Positions 39,731-50,547 of a stretch of DNA of 64,000 nucleotides are shown piece after piece. The first letter of the stretch is position 1. The number at the start of each line of letters is the position of its first letter. The stretch lies in contig JASLWC010000001.1 of assembly GCA_030741055.1 (NCBI GenBank), positions 4,061 to 68,060 on the forward strand, read 5' to 3'. A model generated the notes under the pieces. The model saw only the letters and a list, made by a program, of their open reading frames with translations, searched no databases and was not told the DNA's origin. The translations under genes were made by a program, and so were the position numbers. The stretch comes from Prochlorococcaceae cyanobacterium ETNP18_MAG_14 (GTDB lineage: Bacteria > Cyanobacteriota > Cyanobacteriia > PCC-6307 > Cyanobiaceae).

Positions 39731-40384
39731 TCAACCTAAGCAGAGCATTGGCGGATGGGACATGGCATTTAAATTGCCTGCTACCACCATTCTCCAAGAG
39801 CTGTAGTGAATTCGACGCACGCTTACTTGTCGATCTAATACGTCATGAACAGCAAATGCGGAGTCGGCACTGCAACGCCAATGAATTAGATCCTTCGCCA
39901 GGCTGCCCCGTTGCCATTTTATGGCGGCTTCTTTAATTAGCCATTGCTCCAGCACGGCAGCCCGTAGGGCGCTACCGCTCAAATGGGAGATCGCTGCCTG
40001 TTCCTCGCTAGAGAAGAAGCGACGTGAAAGAAGTTCAGCTGCAATGGGACGGTCGGCCCGCTCCAAATCAACCCCGACTTGTTGAGGTGCCCAAGCTATT
40101 AGTAGTGCATCGCAGCAATGGCTGAAGCTGATGAATCCCCAATCATTGGCAAGTTTTGGAGGTTGGCCTGGAGGGGCTTGCAGTGGTATCTCCAGAGCGG
40201 GTATACGCCAGAGATCCGCCAGAGCTTGACGTATATAACCGCGAGATTGTCGAAACTGCCTTGCTCTCGATGGAGGCAATTGCCTAGCCCATTGCTCCTC
40301 AACCTTGCTGATCGGCATTAAGGCAGCCTGCATTGGCAATAACCACAGCCCCATTACGCTGCGACTATTCAGTTCAAGTGGCAT
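39731..40384 (-). CDS. Sfp-type 4'-phosphopantetheinyl transferase
   Basis: ISFSH, VGVDLE and WLIKEAAIK motifs; start could be 40354. Confidence 0.9.
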   Translation of the reverse strand: MPLELNSRSVMGLWLLPMQAALMPISKVEEQWARQLPPSRARQFRQSRGYIRQALADLWRIPALEIPLQAPPGQPPKLANDWGFISFSHCCDALLIAWAPQQVGVDLERADRPIAAELLSRRFFSSEEQAAISHLSGSALRAAVLEQWLIKEAAIKWQRGSLAKDLIHWRCSADSAFAVHDVLDRQVSVRRIHYSSWRMVVAGNLNAMSHPPMLCLG

Positions 40385-40386
40385 CA

Positions 40387-40854
40387 ATGAGCCTGCAGAT
40401 TGGCGATCCAGCACCTGATTTCAGCCTCCCCAATCAGGATGGTGAATTGGTAAAGCTGGAATCATTTAAGGGGCAACGTGTAGTGATCTACTTTTATCCG
40501 AAGGACGACACCCCAGGTTGCATAAAGGAAGCTTGTAATTTCCGGGACCGGTGGGAGCGCTTTGAGGCCCATGGCATCAGGGTGCTTGGGATCAGCAAAG
40601 ACGGTGCTACCTCTCATACCAAGTTCATTAATAAACATCAGCTCCCTTTCACCCTTCTAAGCGATGTAGAGCCTTGCTCAGTAGCCAGCGCCTATCAAAG
40701 CTATGGACTCAAAAAATTTATGGGGCGCGAATACATGGGCATGATGCGTCATACCTTCGTGGTGGATGCAGAGGGGAATCTGGAGCTGATTTACCTCAAA
40801 GTGAAAGCTGAAACCATGGCCAGTCAAATTCTTACAGACTTGGGGCTCGATTAA
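40387..40854 (+). CDS. bcp: Thioredoxin-dependent peroxiredoxin BCP/PrxQ
   Basis: YFYPKDDTPGCIKEAC. Confidence 0.95.
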   Translation: MSLQIGDPAPDFSLPNQDGELVKLESFKGQRVVIYFYPKDDTPGCIKEACNFRDRWERFEAHGIRVLGISKDGATSHTKFINKHQLPFTLLSDVEPCSVASAYQSYGLKKFMGREYMGMMRHTFVVDAEGNLELIYLKVKAETMASQILTDLGLD

Positions 40855-41542
40855 TTCGACCTAGCACGTCCACCATCCCCTCTAAAGCCAGGTTCGGATG
40901 GTGGACGATATCAAGGCCATGCTGCATTAGTTCCTTTTCAAGAATTGGAGCATCACCTCCACATAACCAAAGCGGCAGTTTCGTCTCACGCTGAGCTTCT
41001 CGCAGCATGCCTGTAAGGGCTTGGATGCTGCCTCGCCGCATGGCATCGGCAGTCGTGATAGGGAATGGCTCTGAACTAATTGATCCAAAGCCGGGATCAA
41101 TTAATTTTTGAGCGCCCTGCGCCATAGCCTGCAGCTGCAAGCTAAACCCACCTACCAACTGTCCGCCGGCGAACTCACCCTCAGCTGTCACTCGAGTGAG
41201 GCTAAGAACAGTACCGGCATCGGCTACAAGCAGACCATCTGCCAACAGTTCGCAGGTTTTAGCTCTTTTCAAAGCACCCCAAGCTGCTAAGGCTCGATCA
41301 ATGCCTAACCATGGAGGCATTTGCTTTAGCGGCACATCTTTCAACCTCAGCCGGCTGGTTGGATCCAAAACAACCTCTGTAGGCATGGGGCCTACAGCAG
41401 CCCATGCCAGAACAGGCATTTCAAGAGCTTGAAGCTTGAGCGGATCTGGAGAGCTATGGCAGAACTGCCAAGAGTCAGCTTGTTGCTCAGCCCAGTGCCA
41501 ACGACTATTGCCAATCAACAGGCAACGTCTGATAACTTCCAC
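40832..41542 (-). CDS. coaX: Type III pantothenate kinase
   Basis: IGNSR, LGIDR, DAGT and GGDA motifs. Confidence 0.9.
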   Translation of the reverse strand: MEVIRRCLLIGNSRWHWAEQQADSWQFCHSSPDPLKLQALEMPVLAWAAVGPMPTEVVLDPTSRLRLKDVPLKQMPPWLGIDRALAAWGALKRAKTCELLADGLLVADAGTVLSLTRVTAEGEFAGGQLVGGFSLQLQAMAQGAQKLIDPGFGSISSEPFPITTADAMRRGSIQALTGMLREAQRETKLPLWLCGGDAPILEKELMQHGLDIVHHPNLALEGMVDVLGRINRAPSL

Positions 41543-41544
41543 AG

Positions 41545-42345
41545 TCAGATGCCTTCCCCCATCACACCAGGAAGGTGAAGGCCGCATTCTTGTTTAAGGC
41601 CTCCAAAGCGTGTCTCTCGTCCTGTCGCTTCCTCGCCATCGGGCGCACTGGAATGCCAATCGCCGACCGTTGAGTAACCCTTCTCAAACAGAGGGTGCTG
41701 CGGCAAGTCATGCTCCTGCATGTAATAGAAAACGTCTTTGGAAGTCCAGTCCAGCAAAGGCCTAAGTGAAAAGCGACCTCGTATCAGTTCGAGCCAGTTC
41801 ATGGAACTTCGATGTTCAGTTTGGTCACTTCGCACTCCACTGGCCCAACAGCTCACTTGCAGATCTTCCAGCGCTTGCTCGAGTGGCTCCACTTTGCGAA
41901 TACGGTGATAAGCCTCTAAATCCTTCACCGAGCCTGTCTCCCAGAGTCGACCATGCAGGGCTTCCATCCGGGCTGGAGATAGCGAGCTTCTGACTACCTT
42001 TAAATCCAGATCCAACTGCTCAGTGAGCTGATCGGCATAGAGATAGGTCTCGGGTGGTAGATAGCCTGTATCTACCCAGATCACAGGTACAGTCGGCCCA
42101 TCTTTACGGCTTTGGAGCATGTGCAAAAGCACTGCCGATTGAATGCCAAAGCTTGTTGTAATTACAAAGCCTGAACCAAACTGTTTAATTGCCCAGGTGA
42201 GTCGATCCTGAGGCTTAAGGCTGGCCAGATTCGTTTGGGTCTTCTCCAGAGGTACCTTAAGTAAAGAGGCGACCTTCAATTTGGAGGATCGACCTGCCTT
42301 AGCAGAAGACGCAGTAGTGGTTGTTTTAGTGGAGCCATCATTCAT
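41545..42345 (-). CDS. cysH: Phosphoadenylyl-sulfate reductase
   Basis: TSFGIQS, DTGY, RKVEPL, GYSTVGD and ECGLH. Confidence 0.95.
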   Translation of the reverse strand: MNDGSTKTTTTASSAKAGRSSKLKVASLLKVPLEKTQTNLASLKPQDRLTWAIKQFGSGFVITTSFGIQSAVLLHMLQSRKDGPTVPVIWVDTGYLPPETYLYADQLTEQLDLDLKVVRSSLSPARMEALHGRLWETGSVKDLEAYHRIRKVEPLEQALEDLQVSCWASGVRSDQTEHRSSMNWLELIRGRFSLRPLLDWTSKDVFYYMQEHDLPQHPLFEKGYSTVGDWHSSAPDGEEATGRETRFGGLKQECGLHLPGVMGEGI

Positions 42346-42417
42346 GCCTCCATCTTCCAATGCCGCCGATCACTAAAGGGTGTTTAAGGTTCGAAAATCA
42401 TCCCAGACCCATCGTCT

Positions 42418-43587
42418 ATGGCCTTCAACCCGTCAAATGCAAATGCCGTGGTTGTTGTTGGAGGCGGGTTCGCAGGGCTAACGACAGCGCTTGCGCTTAG
42501 CCGCTGTCAGCCACGCCCCCCCATCGTGTTGGTTGAGCCAAACAGCCGATTCATTTTTTTGCCCTTGCTCTATGAACTATTGAGTGCAGAGCTTCAAGCT
42601 TGGGAAGTGGCTCCTCCCTATCACTCCCTACTTTGCGAACGCGGGATTGCCCATCTCGAAGATCGAGTGGAAAGCATTGATACCAAAGCTAAAACGCTAA
42701 GCACCAGCTCAGGGCTTGCTCTTAGCTACTCACAACTGGTGCTGTGTACTGGCTCAGTACCCAAGGATTTTGATATTCCAGGTGTCTTTGAGCATGCCCT
42801 GATGTTTCGCAATTTGGACGATGTCCAGATATTGCGACAACGGATTAGGGAACTTCAGTTACGTCCAGATCCAAATCAGGCGCTTGTAATTGTCGGAGCG
42901 GGACCCACCGGAGTGGAACTGACCTGCAAGCTGGCAGACCTGCTTGACGGTGCTGCTGAACTTCATCTGTTGGAGCTTGGTGAGCGGGTTCTCCCTAATG
43001 CGAAGGCCTTTAACCAGGAACAAGCTGAACAGGCGCTTAGCAAACGTGGTGTTCACGTCCATCTATGCACGCAAGTGCTAGCGATATCGTCAAACCAGGT
43101 GGAACTGGAAAGTAAACAACAACCCCCGTTGCCAATTTCACCGATCACTCATAGAGGCCTTGTGTGGGCGGCCGGCACACGACCGGTTTCGCCAGCAGTT
43201 GGCCCTGATTTTGTTCTTAATGGTGCACGACTGCCGATCAATTCGTGCCTAGAGGTTATTGGGCTTAGTGATGTGCTGGGTGTTGGAGATGTCGCTTATA
43301 ACGATGATTATTCCTGGCCAAGTACGGCTCAGGTGGCTCTTCAGCAGGGGGAGGCCGCGGCTCAAAATGTGATGGCATTGCGAGCAGGCAAGGTCCCCCA
43401 ACCTTTTGAATTTAATGATCTTGGCGAAATGATGAGCCTAGGTATCGGAGAGGCCTCAATTACTGGATTGGGTTTCACGCTCGCTGGCCCTCTGGCTTTT
43501 CATATGCGTCGAGCTGCCTATCTAACAAAATTGCCTGGATTGTCTCTCGGCTTGCGCTCAGCTTGCACCTGGTTGCTTGGGCATTGA
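42418..43587 (+). CDS. Type-2 NADH dehydrogenase (Ndb family)
   Basis: GGGFAG, FLPLLYE, GAGPTGVE and AQVALQQG. Confidence 0.9.
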   Translation: MAFNPSNANAVVVVGGGFAGLTTALALSRCQPRPPIVLVEPNSRFIFLPLLYELLSAELQAWEVAPPYHSLLCERGIAHLEDRVESIDTKAKTLSTSSGLALSYSQLVLCTGSVPKDFDIPGVFEHALMFRNLDDVQILRQRIRELQLRPDPNQALVIVGAGPTGVELTCKLADLLDGAAELHLLELGERVLPNAKAFNQEQAEQALSKRGVHVHLCTQVLAISSNQVELESKQQPPLPISPITHRGLVWAAGTRPVSPAVGPDFVLNGARLPINSCLEVIGLSDVLGVGDVAYNDDYSWPSTAQVALQQGEAAAQNVMALRAGKVPQPFEFNDLGEMMSLGIGEASITGLGFTLAGPLAFHMRRAAYLTKLPGLSLGLRSACTWLLGH

Positions 43588-45260
43588 AACAAGCCCACCT
43601 TGCTGGTCGCATCAAGGGACTACGGCCCTCACAGCAAAGGCAATTAGAGCGCCTCAGTCACCGCCGGCATCCCGAGTTTGGCGGTGCTGATCAACTCACC
43701 CTGGAACGCTTGGCTGAACAAGTACTTGAACTGGGCCAGCCACTTCATCTTGTTTTGGATAGCCGTGGCTTGTGCCGTTTGCTTTGGGTTGGTCCTCTCG
43801 GTGGTTCTGGACAACTTCTCGACCATCTTCCTGAGTCGCCTCGTCGCAAGATCACTGGATGGCGCTTGATTAGTTGTCCTCTAGAGATCCATCGAGAAGA
43901 CCTCAGGCCTGAACTGCAGGATGCCATCGTGGCACTAGATCTGGCACCAAGTTCTTGGCTGCGTTTTTCACCTAGAGAAGATCGCGGTGGCAATAGGGCT
44001 GCTGCTCTTTGGCAAGCGGATGCCAAGGAATCTTCAGGGTGGTGCTTGATCGAAATCAACCCATTAACTGAACTCTGCCAAAACAGCCAGGGATCAATCC
44101 CCAAGCAACGGATCAACCCTCAACCTTTAGCTAATGGGAAGGAGCGAGTGCTGCTGCTTACTCTTACGGGATCTGAAAACAGCCGTAGTGAACGTGACCT
44201 TGCGGAGCTGGAGGGGTTGGTAAGAAGTGCTGGTGGGCAACCTGTAGCAGTGGTTAGCCAAAAGCAGGGGGCAGCCAATCCTCAAACTCTTTGGGGCAAA
44301 GGGAAATTGCAAGAGGCTGCCTTGGAGGTTCGTCGATATAGCGCTTCTCTGGTCATCACAGACCGGGAGCTGACTCCGGTTCAAGTCAGAAATCTAGAGC
44401 GATATCTAGATAGCCCTGTCATGGATCGCAGTGAGCTAATTCTCGACATCTTTGCTCAGCGAGCTTCTAGTGCAGCTGGACGCCTGCAAGTGGAATTGGC
44501 TCAGCTTCGTTATCGCATGCCAAGGCTGATAGGAAGGGGCCGCAGCTTGTCCCGCCAGGGCGGTGGTATCGGCACCCGCGGGCCAGGGGAGACTCAGCTT
44601 GAGAAAGATCGGCGAGCTATTACTCGACGTATCGAACGCCTATTACGTGAGGTGAGGCAACTACAAAGTCATCGCGCCCGAGTGCGTAATCGCCGCAAAA
44701 ATCTGCCAAGGTTGGCAATCGTGGGTTACACCAATGCGGGGAAATCATCATTACTAAATGCTCTTTGCGGTCGAAACGAACACAGCAAGGTCTTGGCAGA
44801 GAACAAACTTTTTGCCACCTTGGATCCAACTACCCGTCGCCTTGCTTTTCCCCAGATAGGAGCACCTCCCCTTGAGCTGCTAATTACCGACACGGTTGGT
44901 TTTATTCGAGAGCTGCCGGCTCCGTTAATCGAGGCATTTCGCGCCACACTAGAAGAGACCCTTGAGGCGGATCTGCTCATAGTGGTTGTGGACCTTTCGG
45001 ATCCAGATTGGCAAGCTCAGCTGGCCACAGTGCATCAGTTGCTTGATTCTCTTGGCGCAGAGTCACCCCGTCAGCTGGTAGCCAATCAGATTGACCGCTG
45101 TGATAGCAGTGCACTTGAGGCAATTCGTTGCATCGACCCGAAAGTGCTATATATCTCAGCTACCTCAGGTGCAGGGCTGCAGGGACTCAAGTGCTGGCTT
45201 GAAAAACACTTATGGGGCCGCGGAACAGACTTGATCCCAAGCCATTCTGATCACACTTGA
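43584..45260 (+). CDS. hflX: GTPase HflX (cyanobacterial long form)
   Basis: GTRGPGETQLE, GYTNAGKS, LFATLD and DTVGF. Confidence 0.95.
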   Translation: MKQAHLAGRIKGLRPSQQRQLERLSHRRHPEFGGADQLTLERLAEQVLELGQPLHLVLDSRGLCRLLWVGPLGGSGQLLDHLPESPRRKITGWRLISCPLEIHREDLRPELQDAIVALDLAPSSWLRFSPREDRGGNRAAALWQADAKESSGWCLIEINPLTELCQNSQGSIPKQRINPQPLANGKERVLLLTLTGSENSRSERDLAELEGLVRSAGGQPVAVVSQKQGAANPQTLWGKGKLQEAALEVRRYSASLVITDRELTPVQVRNLERYLDSPVMDRSELILDIFAQRASSAAGRLQVELAQLRYRMPRLIGRGRSLSRQGGGIGTRGPGETQLEKDRRAITRRIERLLREVRQLQSHRARVRNRRKNLPRLAIVGYTNAGKSSLLNALCGRNEHSKVLAENKLFATLDPTTRRLAFPQIGAPPLELLITDTVGFIRELPAPLIEAFRATLEETLEADLLIVVVDLSDPDWQAQLATVHQLLDSLGAESPRQLVANQIDRCDSSALEAIRCIDPKVLYISATSGAGLQGLKCWLEKHLWGRGTDLIPSHSDHT

Positions 45261-45262
45261 CT

Positions 45263-47119
45263 ATGGCTGAGCTCAGCACTGTTCTTCACAACCTCTCTCT
45301 TCACAACCCCTCTCTTCACAACCCTCAGGCCCTTATCACCCTGGCTGTGTTGTTGCTCGCAGTGGTGCTTTTTATCAGTGGTGCCCTTGCTCCAGAGCTC
45401 ACTGGTCTGCTTTGCATGGGCCTACTCATGGCCACCCATGTGCTCTCCTCTCAAGAAGCCTTGGCTGGATTCGGTAGACCTGCGTTAATTACGCTGATGG
45501 GGTTATTTGCAGTCTCTGCAGCCCTATTCCGTAGTGGTGCACTAGATCGGGTGCGCGAATTGATCGCATCTGAACGAATTCGTAGCCCACGCCGGTTGAT
45601 TGCCTTATTGGGCTTAGTGGTCGCTCCAATTTCGAGTGTCTTGCCTAATACACCCGTCGTAGCTTCCCTACTACCGGTGATCGAAGCGTGGTGTCATCGG
45701 CGTCGAATTTCTCCTTCCAAGGTTCTGCTGCCTCTTTCTTTTGCCACGTTATTTGGCAGCACTCTTACTCTCTTAGGGAGTTCAGTGAATCTGCTGGTGA
45801 GTGACATCAGCGAGCAACTGGGTAACGGACCTTTAGAACTATTCAGCTTCACCGCAATCGGTGTGCCGATCTGGCTTGTTGGCAGTGCCTATTTAATCCT
45901 GGCTCCTCAGGACTTGTTGCCAGACCGAGGTAGCGACAGCGATGAATTAGCAAACAATAAGGACCAGACCGGCTACTTCACAGAGGTAACCATCCCTAAG
46001 AACTCCCACCTAGTGGGACAGTCTCTGCACAACAGTCGTTTGCAACGCCGCTTTGATGTAGACGTACTGGAATTGCACAGAGGTAAGGAACGTCTTCTCC
46101 CTCCTCTGGCTGATCGTCGGCTTGAACCTGGAGATCGACTACTGCTAAGGGTCACTCGCGCCGATTTGCTGCGACTGCAACAAGAACACAATGTGCAGTT
46201 AGCAACACAAGAATCGACTGCATTAACTTCACCCTCTCTATCTGGCTCCGGTGATGGGCAGAGGACTGTAGAAGTACTTCTGCCAGCAGGTTCTACTTTG
46301 GCCGGAGCCAGTTTGCGGGAACTGCGATTTAGGCAACGGCATAACGCCACTGTTCTTGCTCTTAGGCGTGGTCAGCAAACAGTGCAAGAACGTCTTGGAC
46401 AAGCTGTGCTGCGGGAAGGGGATGTTTTATTGCTGCAAGCCCCTCTGGATTCCATTCGCGGTTTGCAAGCCAGCAATGATTTGCTGGTATTGGATCAGCT
46501 GGAAAACGATCTGCCCACGGTGGGTCGTAAACCACTGACTATCGGCATAGCCCTGGCCATGTTGATAGTTCCAACCGTAACGCCTTTGCCATTGGTGGCG
46601 GCGGTCTTGCTCGCTGCAGTCGCAATGGTGGCAGGGGGGTGCCTACGACCAGGGGAACTACAGCGTTCAATACGACTCGATGTAATTCTTTTGCTGGGTT
46701 CGCTCTCAAGCTTCAGCGTGGCGATGCAGAAAACTGGGCTGGCAGATGCTCTAGCAAACAGCTTTGAAACTTTGCTGAATGGCTGGTCTAACTACATGGC
46801 CTTGTTAGTCATCTTTTTAGTCACGACGATTTTCACTCAGGTAATGAGCCCCGCCGCTTCAGTTGCATTGCTTGTTCCAGTAGCCATACAACTCGCCGCT
46901 GCGAATGGAGGCAGCATTGATCTCCCCTCCACTGCGTTTGTATTCACAGTGCTATTTGGTGCAAGCCAATCGTTCCTGACACCGATGGGGCATCAGACAA
47001 ATCTGATGGTGTTCGGTCCTGGGCGTTATCGCTTTTTGGACATAACCCGTTATGGAGCTGGTTTGACTGCGCTGATGACCGTAATGATCCCTGGTCTGAT
47101 CCTGTGGAATTGCGGGTGA
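45263..47119 (+). CDS. SLC13/DASS-family permease with two TrkA-C domains
   Basis: Multi-TM protein; SPSKVLLPLSF; two RCK-C domains; SFLTPMGHQTN. Confidence 0.9.
   Translation: MAELSTVLHNLSLHNPSLHNPQALITLAVLLLAVVLFISGALAPELTGLLCMGLLMATHVLSSQEALAGFGRPALITLMGLFAVSAALFRSGALDRVRELIASERIRSPRRLIALLGLVVAPISSVLPNTPVVASLLPVIEAWCHRRRISPSKVLLPLSFATLFGSTLTLLGSSVNLLVSDISEQLGNGPLELFSFTAIGVPIWLVGSAYLILAPQDLLPDRGSDSDELANNKDQTGYFTEVTIPKNSHLVGQSLHNSRLQRRFDVDVLELHRGKERLLPPLADRRLEPGDRLLLRVTRADLLRLQQEHNVQLATQESTALTSPSLSGSGDGQRTVEVLLPAGSTLAGASLRELRFRQRHNATVLALRRGQQTVQERLGQAVLREGDVLLLQAPLDSIRGLQASNDLLVLDQLENDLPTVGRKPLTIGIALAMLIVPTVTPLPLVAAVLLAAVAMVAGGCLRPGELQRSIRLDVILLLGSLSSFSVAMQKTGLADALANSFETLLNGWSNYMALLVIFLVTTIFTQVMSPAASVALLVPVAIQLAAANGGSIDLPSTAFVFTVLFGASQSFLTPMGHQTNLMVFGPGRYRFLDITRYGAGLTALMTVMIPGLILWNCG
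45283..45327 (+). repeat. 15-bp in-frame tandem repeat x3 (LHNLS/LHNPS/LHNPQ)
   Basis: tcttcacaacctctc tcttcacaacccctc tcttcacaaccctca. Confidence 0.85.
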
Positions 47120-47230
47120 CCCTGAACAAGACAGAGTTGTGCCAGCATTTGCAGGATATGGCTCTATCTGTCTGGGCTTCTTCCTCATCAAAACCTTCGA
47201 CTCTCGTAGTGATAAAGCGGGAACCCATCG

Positions 47231-48634
47231 GTGAGATTTCCTAAAGCCGTTCATCGCACTCAGTATTGGTACCGGCGTCTGACGGTTCCTCAGTTCACTG
47301 TGGTCACCGGCTTATTGGTGATCGCAGCTGGGACCCTGCTACTCGTCACACCGTTGTGCTCTAGTGCAAAGGTGGGTTTATGGGAAGCACTTTTCACAGC
47401 GACTTCGGCTGTGACTGTGACGGGACTTTGCATCATTGATATTGGCCAAGATCTGACCAACTTCGGTCAGGGGGTGCTTGCAGCGATGATCCTGGCGGGT
47501 GGGCTCGGTCTGATGGCTATCACCACCTTTCTGCAAGGCTTTGTGGTGCGTGGCACTGAACTTAAGTGCAGGCTTGATCGAGGTAAAACCCTTGATGAAT
47601 TTGGGGTTGGTGGCGTAGGTGCAACTTTTCGTGGGATTGCCCTGACAGCAGCAGTGATGATCATGATCGGTGCAACTGTGCTTTATAACTTTGGCTTCAA
47701 CGACATAGATAACCCTGGGAAGCGGCTGTGGGCAGCGCTATTTCACAGCATCTCTGCCTACAACAACGCAGGCTTTGGCCTCTGGTCGGACAGCCTGGAG
47801 CATTACCGCAGCAATACAGTCGTCAACGTCGTGATCATCTTGTTGATCGTTCTGGGTGGACTTGGTTGGCGAGTAACCAGTGATCTTTGGAGTAATCGCA
47901 AGAATTTAAAACGCCGCAACCTCAGCCTGCATACCCGTCTGGTGATTCGCACATCCCTGGTGCTGATTTTGATTGGAGCAGTGGGCTTAGTGATTACTGA
48001 ATCGCTAAGCCGGGAACATTTTTTCACCAGTATTGGCTGGTCTGAGCGACTGATGAGTGCCTTGTTTGGATCCATTAGTGCCAGAACAGCAGGTTTCACA
48101 ACCGTGAACCTCTCTGTGGAGAATATTTCCGACTCAGGGCTTTTGCTCTTGATGGCGTTGATGTTTATTGGAGCTAGTCCTGGAGGTACCGGCGGTGGTA
48201 TCAAAACCACTACCTTGGCTGCCTTGATGGCCGCTACCCGTTCAACTCTGCGTGGCCAGGACGATGTCGTGATCCGGAATCGTCAGGTTTCTGACAAGGT
48301 GGTGCTGAAAGCTGTAGGCATCACAGTGGCCTCACTGCTTTTCGTGCTGGTGATGGCATTGTTGCTTGGTATATCAAGCAATCTCAAGGGAGAGCAACCA
48401 TTCACCTTTTTAGAAATGCTGTTCACCTGCATTTCTGCCTTTGCCACTGTCGGCTTCGATGTGGGTGTGACCCAAAAACTGAGTCATTTTGGTCAGCTAG
48501 TGCTAGTTGTCGGCATGTTTGTAGGTCGACTCGGCATCCTTCTGCTATTGAGCGCAATCTGGGAAGCAGTAAACCGAGATCAACTTCACCGTCAAAATCG
48601 CATTGGATATCCGTCGGAAGATCTCTATGTCTGA
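47231..48634 (+). CDS. ktrB: Ktr/Trk potassium uptake membrane subunit
   Basis: P-loop motifs SAVTVTGL, AYNNAGF, RTAGF and AFATVG; PGGTGGGIK. Confidence 0.93.
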   Translation: MRFPKAVHRTQYWYRRLTVPQFTVVTGLLVIAAGTLLLVTPLCSSAKVGLWEALFTATSAVTVTGLCIIDIGQDLTNFGQGVLAAMILAGGLGLMAITTFLQGFVVRGTELKCRLDRGKTLDEFGVGGVGATFRGIALTAAVMIMIGATVLYNFGFNDIDNPGKRLWAALFHSISAYNNAGFGLWSDSLEHYRSNTVVNVVIILLIVLGGLGWRVTSDLWSNRKNLKRRNLSLHTRLVIRTSLVLILIGAVGLVITESLSREHFFTSIGWSERLMSALFGSISARTAGFTTVNLSVENISDSGLLLLMALMFIGASPGGTGGGIKTTTLAALMAATRSTLRGQDDVVIRNRQVSDKVVLKAVGITVASLLFVLVMALLLGISSNLKGEQPFTFLEMLFTCISAFATVGFDVGVTQKLSHFGQLVLVVGMFVGRLGILLLLSAIWEAVNRDQLHRQNRIGYPSEDLYV

Positions 48635-48658
48635 ACTCTGCTTCGCTGAGGAAACACG

Positions 48659-49363
48659 ATGAATGAGTGGTGGAATTGGGCGCCCCAACAGGGCACCCAT
48701 CAGCTGGGTTTCGCCGTAGTGGGAGTAGGCCGCTTTGGTAGTGCAGTTTGTCGTGAGCTGATTCAAAACGGTGCAGATGTCTTGGCGGTTGATCGCTCAG
48801 CAAAGTCAATTGAGGAGTTGCGTCAACTGGAGCCCTCGATCGAGGCAAGGGTTGTCGACTGCACTGACGAGGAATCAATGAGGGAAGCAGGTGTACTCGA
48901 AATGGGTACGGTTGTAGTGGGTATTAGCGAACCGATCGAAGCGAGCATCACAACCACGCTGATTGCCAAGGACAGTGAGGGCAGCAAAGTGCAACAGGTA
49001 ATTGCTCGAGCTACTAGCGATCTGCACGAAAAGATGTTGAAGCGGGTTGGGGCTGATCGGGTGGTGTTCCCTTCCAGAATGCAGGGGGAGCGGCTGGGAC
49101 TTGAATTAGTTAGGCCCAACCTGATGGAACGCCTTGAACTGGATGAGCAAACTTGTATTGAGGAAATCAAGGTGCCCGATGAGTTTGTGGGACATTCCTT
49201 GCGTGATCTCAACCTGCGGAAGAATTACCTGGTGAACGTTCTGGCAGCGGGTCCAACTAAGGGGCTGTCGGTTAATCCTCCCGCTAGCTATGTGCTTGAA
49301 AAGGATCATGTGCTGGTGGTGATGGGTCTGACTGACGACCTCCAGAAACTTCCTAAAACCTGA
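48659..49363 (+). CDS. ktrA: Ktr/Trk potassium uptake RCK subunit
   Basis: GVGRFG Rossmann motif; GADRVVFP; TrkA-C domain. Confidence 0.93.
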   Translation: MNEWWNWAPQQGTHQLGFAVVGVGRFGSAVCRELIQNGADVLAVDRSAKSIEELRQLEPSIEARVVDCTDEESMREAGVLEMGTVVVGISEPIEASITTTLIAKDSEGSKVQQVIARATSDLHEKMLKRVGADRVVFPSRMQGERLGLELVRPNLMERLELDEQTCIEEIKVPDEFVGHSLRDLNLRKNYLVNVLAAGPTKGLSVNPPASYVLEKDHVLVVMGLTDDLQKLPKT

Positions 49364-49368
49364 CTTCA

Positions 49369-50508
49369 ATGCTTGTGCTGGGGCTGATGAGCGGCACCAG
49401 TGCTGATGGTGTAGATGCCGTACTAGCTCAGTTCAGTGGTACACCAGCTCAACCAAATTGGAAGCTGCTGAATCTTGTTTCCACTCCCTATCCGCAGGAC
49501 CTTAGAGATACCGTTATCAAAGCGGGTCAGGGCCTGAGGCTTAACAGCCTCGAATGGCTTGAGCTCTCGGAAGCAATCACTGAGGCCCAAGCTCAGGCTG
49601 CTCGGGCCTGTGACCTTAACTCTCAGGCTGAAATCGTTGGTTGTCATGGACAGACTGTTTGGCACCGTCCTCCCAGCAAGGATCATCGCGGCGCCAGCTG
49701 GCAAATGCTGCAGGCACCCCTACTGGCTCAGCTGTTGCAGTGCCCGGTTGTACATGACTTTCGATCCATAGATCTGGCCCTTGGCGGTCAGGGTGCACCT
49801 TTGGTGCCCATGGCGGATGCTGCATTGTTAGGCCGAGTGGATGGCTGGCGTGGGGTCCTTAATCTTGGCGGGATTTCTAATCTCACCTTGATACCTCCGC
49901 GAAACGGCCCGGATTGTGGTGCTTCAGTGCTGGGTTGGGATTGCGGCCCAGCTAACAGTCTTGTAGATCTGGCCATGCATCAATTCAGCAAAGGCAAGCT
50001 TGCTTTTGATCGTGATGGGGCCATGGCTGCCAGTGGACGAGCGCATGCAGCCACGATCGAACGCTGGTTAAAAGAACCCTTCTTTCAGTTGCCGCCTCCC
50101 AAGTCAACAGGTCGTGAGCAATTTGGCCAAGCTGATTTGGAAAACCGTCTGCAAGAACTCCCCGGGCTGCCGACAGCCAATTTTGTTGCCACTCTGACCG
50201 CTTTTAGTGCCGCTGTTGTGGCGCAGGATCTAGAGAAGCTACATGCCAAAAATGGGCTTAGGCCCTTGGAGCTGGTGGTTGCTGGTGGTGGCAGCCGCAA
50301 TCCAGTATTGATGAGCGAGCTGAGGCAACGTTGCCGCGGTATGCGAGTGCACATCAGCGACGAGATGGGCCTCAGGGCTGAAGCTCGAGAAGCATTGGCT
50401 TTTGCTTTGTTGGCCTGGTGGCACAGTCTTCGTCACCCTGGCAATGCCCCAGCCATAACAGGGGCCAGTAAGTCTGCAGTGCTTGGTGTTAGAGCTGATC
50501 CAGGCTAA
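49369..50508 (+). CDS. anmK: Anhydro-N-acetylmuramic acid kinase
   Basis: GLMSGTSADG, HGQT, GGQGAPL, NLGGISN and PKSTGRE. Confidence 0.96.
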   Translation: MLVLGLMSGTSADGVDAVLAQFSGTPAQPNWKLLNLVSTPYPQDLRDTVIKAGQGLRLNSLEWLELSEAITEAQAQAARACDLNSQAEIVGCHGQTVWHRPPSKDHRGASWQMLQAPLLAQLLQCPVVHDFRSIDLALGGQGAPLVPMADAALLGRVDGWRGVLNLGGISNLTLIPPRNGPDCGASVLGWDCGPANSLVDLAMHQFSKGKLAFDRDGAMAASGRAHAATIERWLKEPFFQLPPPKSTGREQFGQADLENRLQELPGLPTANFVATLTAFSAAVVAQDLEKLHAKNGLRPLELVVAGGGSRNPVLMSELRQRCRGMRVHISDEMGLRAEAREALAFALLAWWHSLRHPGNAPAITGASKSAVLGVRADPG

Positions 50509-50547
50509 TTGGCAAACAAGTTGAATGAATGGCTCATCAGATCACCC

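Noticed and set aside
39731-40384. PPTase as a sign of an NRPS/PKS cluster
   Set aside because: No carrier-protein synthase nearby; Sfp-type PPTases serve housekeeping roles in cyanobacteria
47803-49212. Long antisense ORFs over ktrB/ktrA, and similar shadow ORFs elsewhere
   Set aside because: They overlap well-supported genes on the opposite strand and have no recognisable motifs
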